From positions 47,865 to 111,864 of the forward strand of contig JAGASX010000011.1 of the NCBI GenBank assembly GCA_017621525.1: 64,000 nt of DNA, given 5' to 3'. Made by a program: the position numbers and the translations under genes. A model generated the notes under the pieces. It did no database searches and had not been told where the DNA came from. It saw only the letters and a program-made list of their open reading frames with translations. Source of the DNA: Clostridia bacterium (lineage in GTDB: Bacteria > Bacillota > Clostridia > Christensenellales > UBA1242). This document shows, in pieces, positions 39,291 to 48,376 of this stretch; the stretch's first letter is position 1; each line of letters starts with the position of its first letter.

Positions 39291-40025
39291 TTATAAATCT
39301 TCGTCATCACCGCCATAAAAATCAAACGCTTTCATGATTTCGCTTAAATCATCTTTTGGATTGATTGCCTCTTTTAGGTCAAAGCCAGAAGATTGTATTT
39401 TCATAGCCCGTGGCTGTTCTTCTGGTGGTTTTGTATCCAAAAACTTATCCACAAGGTTATCATAGTTGTCATTTTCATTAAGTTGCATTTGGGTAACAGG
39501 TTTTATAAATGGCGTTCTGTCTATGCGTTCTATTTTCACTTCGCGTGGGTTATCTTGCACTCTTCTCCCCTGCATTTTGCTTAACAAAAGCCTCATAGGG
39601 TCATTTTCTGTGCCTGTTTCTATATTTTGTTGCTGTTTTGATTCATTGCTGTCTATAATAACGCGAATTTCCGCCAAGAGTTTTTTATAACCACTGTTTA
39701 ACAGTAATCCCGAGTCGCGTTCATTTAATTTTTCAAGAAAATCTACAATTTGTTGATACACCATACGAAGTTGTTCTGCACGCAAAACCTCTATGTTTCT
39801 GTTTCCGTCTTCCTGATATTTCTTAAAAGATTCAAGCATTGTGGCAATATTTTTTTCTTTGGCGTCAATTTCTTGTGCACGTCTTTTCATTTCAAGAATT
39901 TTACGCTCGCCATCCAAAACTTTAAGACGCTCTTCCATCAATGTTTTTTCATAATCAGCCTTTAAGTTGGCAATATATGCATCCACTTCTTTTTTGTTAT
40001 AGCCATTGAAATCGGTTGAAAACAT
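39291..40025 (-). CDS. DivIVA-domain protein
   Basis: N-terminal DivIVA motif (FNGYNKKEVDAYI) followed by coiled coil. Confidence 0.8.
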   Translation of the reverse strand: MFSTDFNGYNKKEVDAYIANLKADYEKTLMEERLKVLDGERKILEMKRRAQEIDAKEKNIATMLESFKKYQEDGNRNIEVLRAEQLRMVYQQIVDFLEKLNERDSGLLLNSGYKKLLAEIRVIIDSNESKQQQNIETGTENDPMRLLLSKMQGRRVQDNPREVKIERIDRTPFIKPVTQMQLNENDNYDNLVDKFLDTKPPEEQPRAMKIQSSGFDLKEAINPKDDLSEIMKAFDFYGGDDEDL

Positions 40026-40040
40026 CTGTTACCTCTCCTA

Positions 40041-40550
40041 TTAAAATGTAAAAAATCTTATGACTAATAATAGCACACCCACGATAGCAAATGCAACAAA
40101 AATCCATGCCGATATAAATTTTAATAAAAACAAAACAAGCCCCAATGACACGAAAAATAGCGATATTGCAAGAAAAATTTGGAAGGGCTGTTTATAAACA
40201 ATCCCGGTAATCAGCGAAGAAAAAGCGAACGAAATGATTATAAAAGCAGGATATAAATAGTAAACCTGAAAATATTGAGAGAGAAAATAAGTTGCGCCAA
40301 CCATAAAAAGCGTCAATCCAAAATAGCAAGAAGAATCAAACTTAAAAAGCAGGCTTTTGAAAAAGAGATGTATACCGGTGGACAGGCAAAAAATGTAGAA
40401 AATATCGTTATATTTGCCATTCATTAACGCAAAAGCAGACAGCGTGGCAAAAATTATGGCGTTTATAACCAATGACAATATAAGCCAAATGCTTTTTTTG
40501 ATGCCTAAAACTCTTCCCCTCATGCTTTTATTATTCCAAAAAGCAGGCAA
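40041..40550 (-). CDS. Hypothetical polytopic membrane protein (start uncertain)
   Basis: ORF with five or more hydrophobic helices. TTG or internal ATG start, no clear RBS. Confidence 0.45.
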   Translation of the reverse strand: MPAFWNNKSMRGRVLGIKKSIWLILSLVINAIIFATLSAFALMNGKYNDIFYIFCLSTGIHLFFKSLLFKFDSSCYFGLTLFMVGATYFLSQYFQVYYLYPAFIIISFAFSSLITGIVYKQPFQIFLAISLFFVSLGLVLFLLKFISAWIFVAFAIVGVLLLVIRFFTF

Positions 40551-40570
40551 TTTATATATAAAAAAAGAAC

Positions 40571-41482
40571 TTATTGGTCTTTTTTGTCATTTTGTTCATC
40601 TTTTGGGATTTCTATTTTTATATCCGCCTTGCCGTTTTGCAGTTTTTGTTGATAGTAAGGTTTTAACTGTTGAAGTGATTTTGCCTTTCCTTTTTTATAA
40701 AGAATGTGGCTGGTTGCAATAAATGCAATACCAAACAAAATAAGCAGAATAGACAAAAATTGCGACACCCTTAAAGCACCAATATAAAGGCTATCAGTAC
40801 GCAAAGCCTCTATCCAAGACCTGCCAACTCCGTAAATTATAAAATATAGTGCCATGGTTGAACCTCGATAGCGCAGTTTTTCCTTTCTTAACAAAAACAT
40901 AAGAATGGCAAAAGTGGCAAGGTTCCACATGCTTTCATAAAAGAATGTGGCATAATGCCAGCCAGAGCCTGCACAAGTGCAACCCATTTGATTGCAATCA
41001 TCAATATAAACGCCAAAAGGGAAAAATCTTAAAGACTGGTTTTCTATATAATAGCCGTAAGCCTCTTGATTGAAAAAATTGCCCCATCTGCCAATCGCCT
41101 GCCCTAAAATAAGTGCAGGAACAACCACATCGGCGACATCAAGAAAGTTTTTCTTATGAATTAAGCAGTATAAGGCAACACCAATTGCGCCACCAATAAC
41201 TCCACCATAAATTGCCATGCCACCCTTCCAAATTTCAAAGACCTGCCAAAAAGAGGTGAATTTATCAAGGCTGAACAGAACGTAATATATTCTTGCGCCA
41301 ATTATAGCCAAAGGCAGGACATAGCAGGCAAGTAAAATTATATCTTCACCTTTAAGTCCTCTGTATTTTGCATTTTTTACTGCAACAAAAACGCCTAACG
41401 CCATACCAACGGCGATAATAAGCCCATAATAGGCAATATCTAACCCAAAAATGGTGAAATGCTTTGAGTAAAATCCAAACAT
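40571..41482 (-). CDS. lgt: Prolipoprotein diacylglyceryl transferase with a Lys/Gln-rich C-terminal tail
   Basis: Lgt motifs (YGLIIAVG, GARIYYV, GRWGNFFNQEAYG). Start at ATG 41482, directly behind a consensus promoter. Confidence 0.9.
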   Translation of the reverse strand: MFGFYSKHFTIFGLDIAYYGLIIAVGMALGVFVAVKNAKYRGLKGEDIILLACYVLPLAIIGARIYYVLFSLDKFTSFWQVFEIWKGGMAIYGGVIGGAIGVALYCLIHKKNFLDVADVVVPALILGQAIGRWGNFFNQEAYGYYIENQSLRFFPFGVYIDDCNQMGCTCAGSGWHYATFFYESMWNLATFAILMFLLRKEKLRYRGSTMALYFIIYGVGRSWIEALRTDSLYIGALRVSQFLSILLILFGIAFIATSHILYKKGKAKSLQQLKPYYQQKLQNGKADIKIEIPKDEQNDKKDQ

Positions 41483-41488
41483 ATTTAT

Positions 41489-41518
41489 ATTATAATGGCA
41501 AATAATTGTGTTTGTCAA
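41489..41518 (-). promoter_or_regulatory. Consensus promoter placed for a leaderless lgt mRNA
   Basis: Minus sense TTGACA (41513-41518), 18 nt, TATAAT (41489-41494), then 6 nt (ATAAAT) before the ATG. No SD. Confidence 0.55.
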
Positions 41519-41529
41519 ATTTTTAAAAT

Positions 41530-41561
41530 AAAAAAACCCCAACAGATTGAGGCTTTGGGGG
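41530..41561 (-). terminator. Intrinsic terminator after the Rho-like gene
   Basis: Minus-sense CCCCAA..TTGGGG stem followed by T7. Confidence 0.6.
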
Positions 41562-41562
41562 C

Positions 41563-42720
41563 TTAATTGAGTTTTTTGCTGATTTTTAAAATGTCAGTTG
41601 TCAAAAATATGTCGTTTTCATCAATTTTGTTGTAGCCCATTATAAGTGTGGTGCTGTATCCTTTTGAATACGCCTTGGCAGTTGTAAGCAAGTTTTGCAT
41701 AACCGCAATTGCATATTCACTGCGACCATTTTGGAATATTAGTGGTTGTTTTTCTGCATGAGTTTTTATTATAAATTCATCAACCTTTCTTAAAGCAGTT
41801 ATTATATCTGGTACAAAAACAATCACCTTTTTGCCAAGTTCTGTTTGATATTTTGCATGGTTTGCCACATCCACCACTTTATTTATACCTTCGCCGTCAT
41901 TATCGCCATAGTTGGAGATGAATGTATCTGGAATATCCAACGATTTAAACAAAATTTGGTTTTCATACGGAGTATCTATGCTTAACACTTTAAGTTGATA
42001 GTTGTTTTTATCGCAAAAATTTACAAGGTTTTTAAATTTATCATCTTCAAACAATTCTTCTTCAAAAGAATAAACATTTCGTCTACCCTCTTTTGCTGTG
42101 AAATTGCCAAACTTGATGTCGTTATAGCCGATTACTTCTTCGCCCATGTCGATTTCGGTGTCTATTGCATCTTCAACTTTTACGCCTTCAACTTCAAGCA
42201 CCGCGGTTGCATCGTAGTGATTTTTATTGGTATTCATAGATGCTGAAACTTTTACTTTTGCACCCAATTTTAAAAGTTCTGCGCCGTCAATATCTTCTGG
42301 AATGTATGCCGATGCCCAAGCATCTATATCAAAAATGCAAAATCTGCCGTCTTTTGCAATTCTTACATACCCCTCTAATATTGCAGTGTTGCCACAAAAT
42401 GAATTTAAAGAATCTTCTTCCTGCATAAATGACACAACGCCTGAAATTGTGGCTTCCTCTTGTTTTGGCGTGTTTTGAACAGATGAAACAATGGCGTCAA
42501 CTGATGAAAGTTTTTTGAAAGGGCGTCCGCGTTTATGTGCCTTGATTTTTATTTGTGTGCCATCTTTTAATATGTCAAAAATAAGAGAGATAAGTTCTTC
42601 CCTCTTCTTTGTTGTTGGTGAAGCTATGCCAAGTTCTCTTGCAAGAGCGCGAAGTTCAAACACACCCAAAGAGTGAACTAAAATTTCGCGTTGTTGCAAT
42701 TCATTCATTTCTTTTCCCAT
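41563..42720 (-). CDS. Rho-like protein (Rho_N plus CSD-like plus RecA-like core) lacking a Walker A P-loop
   Basis: N-terminal ELRALARELGI..KKREELISLI. Middle and C-terminal regions align by eye to Rho, but no GxxxxGK[ST]. Start at ATG 42720 after GGAG. Confidence 0.6.
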   Translation of the reverse strand: MGKEMNELQQREILVHSLGVFELRALARELGIASPTTKKREELISLIFDILKDGTQIKIKAHKRGRPFKKLSSVDAIVSSVQNTPKQEEATISGVVSFMQEEDSLNSFCGNTAILEGYVRIAKDGRFCIFDIDAWASAYIPEDIDGAELLKLGAKVKVSASMNTNKNHYDATAVLEVEGVKVEDAIDTEIDMGEEVIGYNDIKFGNFTAKEGRRNVYSFEEELFEDDKFKNLVNFCDKNNYQLKVLSIDTPYENQILFKSLDIPDTFISNYGDNDGEGINKVVDVANHAKYQTELGKKVIVFVPDIITALRKVDEFIIKTHAEKQPLIFQNGRSEYAIAVMQNLLTTAKAYSKGYSTTLIMGYNKIDENDIFLTTDILKISKKLN

Positions 42721-42778
42721 AAGTTTCTCCAAAGTTATTAAAATTTTAAGTTAGTATGGCAAATTTGTCAACTATTTT

Positions 42779-43729
42779 TCACCAAATTGGAATAAAATTC
42801 GTGATTATTCCCAAAATTACGGCGATAAAATACAAAATAATTGTTATAAACACATTTGTGCCCGTCTTTTTATAGTTGCAGGTAAAAAGAACAATTAAGC
42901 CAATGCCCGCGCCCGCGCTTAGTCCGGCAAGAAGTGCTGGAAAAAGGATAACACCCTCCATATACATTTCTACCAAAAAGACTGATGAGGCACAATTTGG
43001 AATTAACCCTATCAGGCAAGAAAGTAGGATTTGAACATAAACATTGTTTGTGAAAAGTTTTGCAAGAGGTTCAAGCCCGCCACAATATCCTCTTATTAAG
43101 TTTATGGCAAGGGTTGCAACAAAAACATAGGCGATTATGATTGCTGTATGTTTTAATGCATCTAAAAATATATTTGTTGCACAGCAAGAAGAGTGGCCAT
43201 GATGATGTTTTTCTTGATGTTCATGACTTTCGTCTGTTATAGGTTGTCCGTTATCGTCCACAATTTCTGTATGGGCGTGCTGGCAATGTTTATCATGGTA
43301 TTCATTAAGTGGTTGTTTTTTGCGTTTTACAAGTGTTATAATGCCGTCTATTGCATAGCCTACAATGATTGCGTAAACAATTTTAAAAGCCATAAGCAAA
43401 AGGAGTTTTGGTATAAATTCTGGTTTTGAAATCATAAGAGGCAGTGCCTCATCGCTGGTTGCAATAAACACGGCAAAAAGTGTGCCAATTGTAATCATCT
43501 TTTTTGAGAAAAGATTGCTCATCACAGAAGAAAACCCGCACTGTGGCACGCTACCCAAAAAAGCACCAATGACAGGCCCCGCCTTATTGGTGCGATGTAA
43601 AATTTTTGAATATTTTTCATTATCGTTGTGTGAGAAATAACTTACAAGTAGATACGTCAAATACAGAATTGGCAAAACAATTAAACTGTCTTTGACGGCG
43701 TCCCACAACGCGTCTAAAAAGATTTCCAT
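42779..43729 (-). CDS. Polytopic membrane protein, putative metal permease (ArsP_2/10TM-exporter-like) with a His/Cys-rich loop
   Basis: GSVPQCGFSS and LIPNCASS repeat motifs. Central loop HDKHCQHAHTE..HEHQEKHHHGHSSCC. Confidence 0.55.
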   Translation of the reverse strand: MEIFLDALWDAVKDSLIVLPILYLTYLLVSYFSHNDNEKYSKILHRTNKAGPVIGAFLGSVPQCGFSSVMSNLFSKKMITIGTLFAVFIATSDEALPLMISKPEFIPKLLLLMAFKIVYAIIVGYAIDGIITLVKRKKQPLNEYHDKHCQHAHTEIVDDNGQPITDESHEHQEKHHHGHSSCCATNIFLDALKHTAIIIAYVFVATLAINLIRGYCGGLEPLAKLFTNNVYVQILLSCLIGLIPNCASSVFLVEMYMEGVILFPALLAGLSAGAGIGLIVLFTCNYKKTGTNVFITIILYFIAVILGIITNFIPIW

Positions 43730-43739
43730 TTTTTACCTT

Positions 43740-44636
43740 TTATTCTTGGCTTTGATTTGTTGGCAAATCGTCTATTTTAAGTTGTTTTGTTTTTGGTTTT
43801 CTTGCAGGTTTTTTAATTTCTTCAACAGGTTTTTCCTCTTCTTTTTCTTCTGTTTGTTCCTGCGTTTCTGGTGCAAAAGTTTCTTCTTTTTCCTTGCGGT
43901 ATTCATTCATGCGTTTTGTGCTTTCTTGTGGTGAATATAAAATGATTGTTTGTTTTTCTTGCAAGCCAATTTCACCATTCATATTAGCAGAAATAATAGC
44001 CTTGCCTACCATTTCTTCAATACGGCCGTTATTAAACGTTGAAACCTCGCTGTTATCTGCAAAAAGTTTGATTGCACCATTATTCATAGTGCCAACTTTA
44101 CTATCGTTTAAAAGATAGTAAATTTCTCCATTAAGCATACTTACAAGGCGGGCGTCGTTGTAAACGCCTGTGATTTTGCCGGTTATCATAGTAACAACCC
44201 TTGCTTTACCGCGAACAAACATAATTTCTCCGTCTGTCATAGTTGCAAGTTCTGCCCTGTCGTCGACAAAGCGAATAAAACCGCCATTCATGGTGCCGAT
44301 TGTTGCCCTGTCTTTTACATATCCAATATGGCAGTTGTTGATTGTTGTGATTGATGCCCTGCCGGCAATGGTGTTGATGCGTCCGCTTTTGAAAAGACCA
44401 ATTTTGGCTTTACCGCAAAGTTGTTCAACTTCGCCATCTTCAAGCATTTGAACTTTTGCTTTGCCAGAAATTTCCTTAAATGAGCAGTTGAAACTTTCAA
44501 GCACAATTGCACTTCCTGTAAGTGTAACATTGTTGCACTTGTTTAAAATATGCACACCCGTTGAAAGAGTGAAATTGCCCTCTTCATCATGAATGATTGG
44601 GTCGATAACCTTTTCTTTTTTCTTAAAAAGACACAT
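43740..44636 (-). CDS. Bactofilin-like beta-helical repeat protein with an acidic/basic disordered tail
   Basis: Ten tandem 17-residue repeats ([GDN]xAx[VI]xTMxNGxIxxxx). Start at ATG 44636 after GGAGG. Glu/Lys/Pro-rich C-terminal tail. Confidence 0.5.
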   Translation of the reverse strand: MCLFKKKEKVIDPIIHDEEGNFTLSTGVHILNKCNNVTLTGSAIVLESFNCSFKEISGKAKVQMLEDGEVEQLCGKAKIGLFKSGRINTIAGRASITTINNCHIGYVKDRATIGTMNGGFIRFVDDRAELATMTDGEIMFVRGKARVVTMITGKITGVYNDARLVSMLNGEIYYLLNDSKVGTMNNGAIKLFADNSEVSTFNNGRIEEMVGKAIISANMNGEIGLQEKQTIILYSPQESTKRMNEYRKEKEETFAPETQEQTEEKEEEKPVEEIKKPARKPKTKQLKIDDLPTNQSQE

Positions 44637-44756
44637 AACAGCCTCCAATGCGATTATTTTAACATATAAATTATAGGTATGCAAACATTTTTTACAAAAT
44701 TTACAAATTTATTAAAAGTTATTCACAAATGTTGTATGATTTTATCAAATTTTTTG

Positions 44757-44786
44757 TTGACTTGCAAAGAGTGTTTTTCATATAAT
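44757..44786 (+). promoter_or_regulatory. Sigma-A type promoter of the ABC exporter operon
   Basis: TTGACT (44757-44762), 18 nt, TATAAT (44781-44786). Confidence 0.6.
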
Positions 44787-44814
44787 ACTATCAGTTTGTA
44801 AAAGGTGAATTAGT

Positions 44815-46566
44815 ATGTTTAAACTTTTTAAATATCTTAAATGGCAAGAATGGATTTTGCTTATTGTGGCGATTGGTTTTGTTGGATTACAAGTTTTTTG
44901 CAATGTTTCTTTGCCACAATGCACTTTGGAGATAAGCAATTATTTTCAAAGTGGTGATTTGTCAGGAAACTATAACGGGCTTATTTTAACCTGCCTTAAA
45001 ATGTTGGGCTATACTGCCGGCGTGATTTTATCTGCAATTTGTGCAAGTTTTATTGCGTCATATGTTGTAACCCACCTTTTGGCAAGGGTGCGTGGAAAAA
45101 TTTTTGCAAAAGTAAACAGTTTTTCAGCAAGAGAAATCAATAAATTTTCAATACCTTCGCTTATCACTCGTTCCACAAACGATATTTCCCAACTTCAACA
45201 GGTTTTAACCACCCTTATAACCCTTGGTTTTAATGCACCTCTTACCGCCACCTTTGCAATTATAAACATTGTAAAACTTTCCTCTGAAAATGGCGCGCAA
45301 ACCCTTTCTTGGGTGAATATTGTTTCTGTTTTGGCAATTTCAATTGTGGTGATTTTGATTATGATGTTGGCGGTGCCAAAGTTTAAAACTATTCAAAAAA
45401 CAACCGATGAACTTAACAAAGTAACTCGTGAAAACTTAACCGGCCTTAAAGTAGTAAGGGCAAATGGTGCCGAAAAATCGCAAGAGGCAAAGTTTGACAA
45501 GGTGAACAATCGTTTTGCCAAAATTGACCTTTTTATTGGCAAGGTTATGTCTATTATTGAGCCAAGTCTTACGCTTATTATGCAAGGCACATCTCTTGCA
45601 ATTGTTTGGATTGTTGGCTTATTGGCACAAACAAACCCCGCAACAATTGCACTTATGGGAAGTTTTACACAATATTCTACATTTATTATTATGAGTTTCA
45701 CCTCTCTTTCCGTGCTTTTTATGTTTGTACCAAGAGGCATTATCTCTGGCAGGCGTATCAATGAAATTTTGGACACCGAACTTTCTTTGGTTGACGGAAA
45801 GGGAGCAACCGCAACAAAGCAAGGCACTGTTGAATTTAAAAATGTATCTTTCCGCTATCCAGACGCAGATGAAAACGTGCTTGAAAACATTTCTTTTACT
45901 GTAAATCAAGGCGAAACTGTGGCGTTTATCGGCTCTACCGGAAGTGGCAAAAGTACCCTTATAAACCTTATACCTCGTTTCTATGATTGCACCGACGGCG
46001 AAATTTTAATTGGAGGCAATCCTATTAAGGAATACAAGCAAAGTCAGTTGCACGACATGATTGGTTATGTGCCACAAAAAGGGTTGTTATTCAGCGGAAC
46101 TATCAGCGAAAATGTGCGTTATGGCAAGGAAAACGCAAGTAAGGAAGAAATTGATAAAGCCATTGAAATTTCACAATCTTCTTTTGTTTATTCTTTCCCG
46201 GAGGGTTTGGATTACATGGTGGCACGTGGCGGAAAAAATCTTTCTGGCGGGCAAAAGCAAAGGCTTTCTATTGCGCGTGCAATTATTAAAAACCCCGACA
46301 TATTGATTTTTGACGATAGTTTTTCTGCGCTTGACTATAAAACCGATAAGGTTGTAAGAGAAAACCTTGATAAGGAATACTCGGGGACAACAAAAATTAT
46401 TGTTGCACAGCGTATTGGAACAATTATGAATTCAGACAAAATAATTGTGCTTGACGAAGGCAAAATGGTTGGCATAGGCACTCACAAAGAATTGATGGCA
46501 GATTGTGAGGTTTATCAGCAAATTGCACTTTCTCAACTTTCAAAGGAGGAACTTGAAAATGACTAA
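44815..46566 (+). CDS. ABC exporter, fused permease/ATPase (heterodimer subunit 1)
   Basis: Six-TM domain plus an NBD with GSTGSGKST, LSGGQKQR, ILIFDDSFSALD. Confidence 0.9.
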   Translation: MFKLFKYLKWQEWILLIVAIGFVGLQVFCNVSLPQCTLEISNYFQSGDLSGNYNGLILTCLKMLGYTAGVILSAICASFIASYVVTHLLARVRGKIFAKVNSFSAREINKFSIPSLITRSTNDISQLQQVLTTLITLGFNAPLTATFAIINIVKLSSENGAQTLSWVNIVSVLAISIVVILIMMLAVPKFKTIQKTTDELNKVTRENLTGLKVVRANGAEKSQEAKFDKVNNRFAKIDLFIGKVMSIIEPSLTLIMQGTSLAIVWIVGLLAQTNPATIALMGSFTQYSTFIIMSFTSLSVLFMFVPRGIISGRRINEILDTELSLVDGKGATATKQGTVEFKNVSFRYPDADENVLENISFTVNQGETVAFIGSTGSGKSTLINLIPRFYDCTDGEILIGGNPIKEYKQSQLHDMIGYVPQKGLLFSGTISENVRYGKENASKEEIDKAIEISQSSFVYSFPEGLDYMVARGGKNLSGGQKQRLSIARAIIKNPDILIFDDSFSALDYKTDKVVRENLDKEYSGTTKIIVAQRIGTIMNSDKIIVLDEGKMVGIGTHKELMADCEVYQQIALSQLSKEELEND

Positions 46567-48367
46567 AAAAGAAAAACAAAAAATTTCACTTCCTCCCCGT
46601 CCAAAGGTGAAGAACTTTAAGGGCACTTTAAAACTTTTATTTAGTGAACTTTCACAACACAAATTTGCCCTTGTATTTGCATTTATTTTTGCCATTTCAT
46701 CTGCCGTGCTTGTTATTGTTGGGCCAAGAATTTTAAATGACATGATGGAAGTTATTATTCCAACTGCGGGTGGCGGTTCTAAAATTGCAGAGATTACAAA
46801 ATATGGCATAATTATTTTGTCTATGTATGTTTTAGCATGGTTTTTGAATTATTTTCAAGGGTTTTTATTAAACAAAATTTCGGTAAGTATTTCCAAAAAT
46901 TTGCGTACAAAACTTTCAAAGAAAATCAATCGTTTGCCACTTAAATATTTTGACAATCACAGTTACGGCGACCTGCTTTCTCGCGTTACAAACGATGTTG
47001 ACAATGTTGGGTTTACTTTAAGTAGAACTCTTTCATCCCTTATAACATCTGCTGTTATGTTGATTGGTATGCCTATTGTTATGTTTACTATAAATTGGCA
47101 ACTGACATTGATTGCACTTCTTCAATTGCCTATTGCCCTTATAATTGTTTTCTTTGTGGTGAAAAACAATCAAAAATACTTTGTTGGGCAACAAAAAGAA
47201 CTTGGAAATGTGAATGGATATATTGAAGAGAACTTCTCTGCACACAATGTGGTTAAAGCATTTAATGGCGAGCAAAAAGCAGAAGAAGAGTTTGGGGATA
47301 TTAACAACAGGCTTCGCAGTACCTCCCGCAAAGCACAATTTTTCTCTGGGCTTATGCACCCTATTGTAAACTTTACAAGCAACCTTGTTTATGTGCTTAT
47401 TTGTATTGTTGGGGCGTCCCTTGCAATTAAATCAAACAGTCCTACATTTCTTGCCACAATCATCACCTTTATGACTTACACAAAACTTTTCAATCAGCCT
47501 ATTTCACAAATTGGAACTATATTTGGAAATCTTCAATCCACAGTCGCCTCTGCCGAACGCGTCTTTGAATTTATAAATGAGGGCGAAGAACTTGACGAAA
47601 GTTTTAAAAATGCTATAATAGAAAATGTCAAAGGAAAAGTTGAATTTAAAAACGTCAACTTTGGCTATCTGCCAGACAAACAAATTATTCACAATTTCAA
47701 CTTTACCGCCCTGCCCGGCGAAAAAATTGCAATCGTAGGGCAAACAGGTGCCGGCAAAACAACCATTGTGAATTTGCTTATGCGTTTTTATGAAGTGGAC
47801 GATGGCGAAATTCTTATTGACGGCGTATCTACAAAAGATTTAAACAGAACCTATGTGCGTTCCCTTTTCGGCATGGTTTTGCAAGACACTTGGCTTTTTG
47901 AAGGGACTGTTAAAGAAAATTTGCGTTTTGGCAATCCAAACGCCTCCGATGAAGAAATTGTATCTGCCTGCAAACTTGCAAATGTTGACCATTTCATTCG
48001 CACAGAGCCAAAGGGTTATGATATGATTTTGGGCGAAGAAAGCAACATTTCTGCAGGGCAAAAGCAACTTCTTACAATAGCAAGGGCTATGGTGCAAAAC
48101 GCACCTATGCTTATCTTGGACGAAGCGACAAGTTCTGTTGATACGCGTACAGAAATTTTAATTCAAACTGCAATGGACAGATTGACCGAAGGGCGAACAA
48201 GTTTTGTGATTGCGCATAGACTTTCAACCATTAAAAATGCAGATAAAATTATTGTTATGAAAGATGGCAACATTGTTGAAGTGGGCACACATCAGCAGTT
48301 GTTGGACGCAAATGGCGTATACACAGAGTTGTACAACAGCCAATTTGAAGATGGCGAGGACTTTTAG
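46559..48367 (+). CDS. ABC exporter, fused permease/ATPase (heterodimer subunit 2)
   Basis: Start at ATG 46559 (AAGGAGG RBS, overlaps the upstream stop). NBD motifs GQTGAGKTT, ISAGQKQL, ILDEATSSVD. Confidence 0.9.
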   Translation: MTKKEKQKISLPPRPKVKNFKGTLKLLFSELSQHKFALVFAFIFAISSAVLVIVGPRILNDMMEVIIPTAGGGSKIAEITKYGIIILSMYVLAWFLNYFQGFLLNKISVSISKNLRTKLSKKINRLPLKYFDNHSYGDLLSRVTNDVDNVGFTLSRTLSSLITSAVMLIGMPIVMFTINWQLTLIALLQLPIALIIVFFVVKNNQKYFVGQQKELGNVNGYIEENFSAHNVVKAFNGEQKAEEEFGDINNRLRSTSRKAQFFSGLMHPIVNFTSNLVYVLICIVGASLAIKSNSPTFLATIITFMTYTKLFNQPISQIGTIFGNLQSTVASAERVFEFINEGEELDESFKNAIIENVKGKVEFKNVNFGYLPDKQIIHNFNFTALPGEKIAIVGQTGAGKTTIVNLLMRFYEVDDGEILIDGVSTKDLNRTYVRSLFGMVLQDTWLFEGTVKENLRFGNPNASDEEIVSACKLANVDHFIRTEPKGYDMILGEESNISAGQKQLLTIARAMVQNAPMLILDEATSSVDTRTEILIQTAMDRLTEGRTSFVIAHRLSTIKNADKIIVMKDGNIVEVGTHQQLLDANGVYTELYNSQFEDGEDF

Positions 48368-48376
48368 GAGGAAAAT

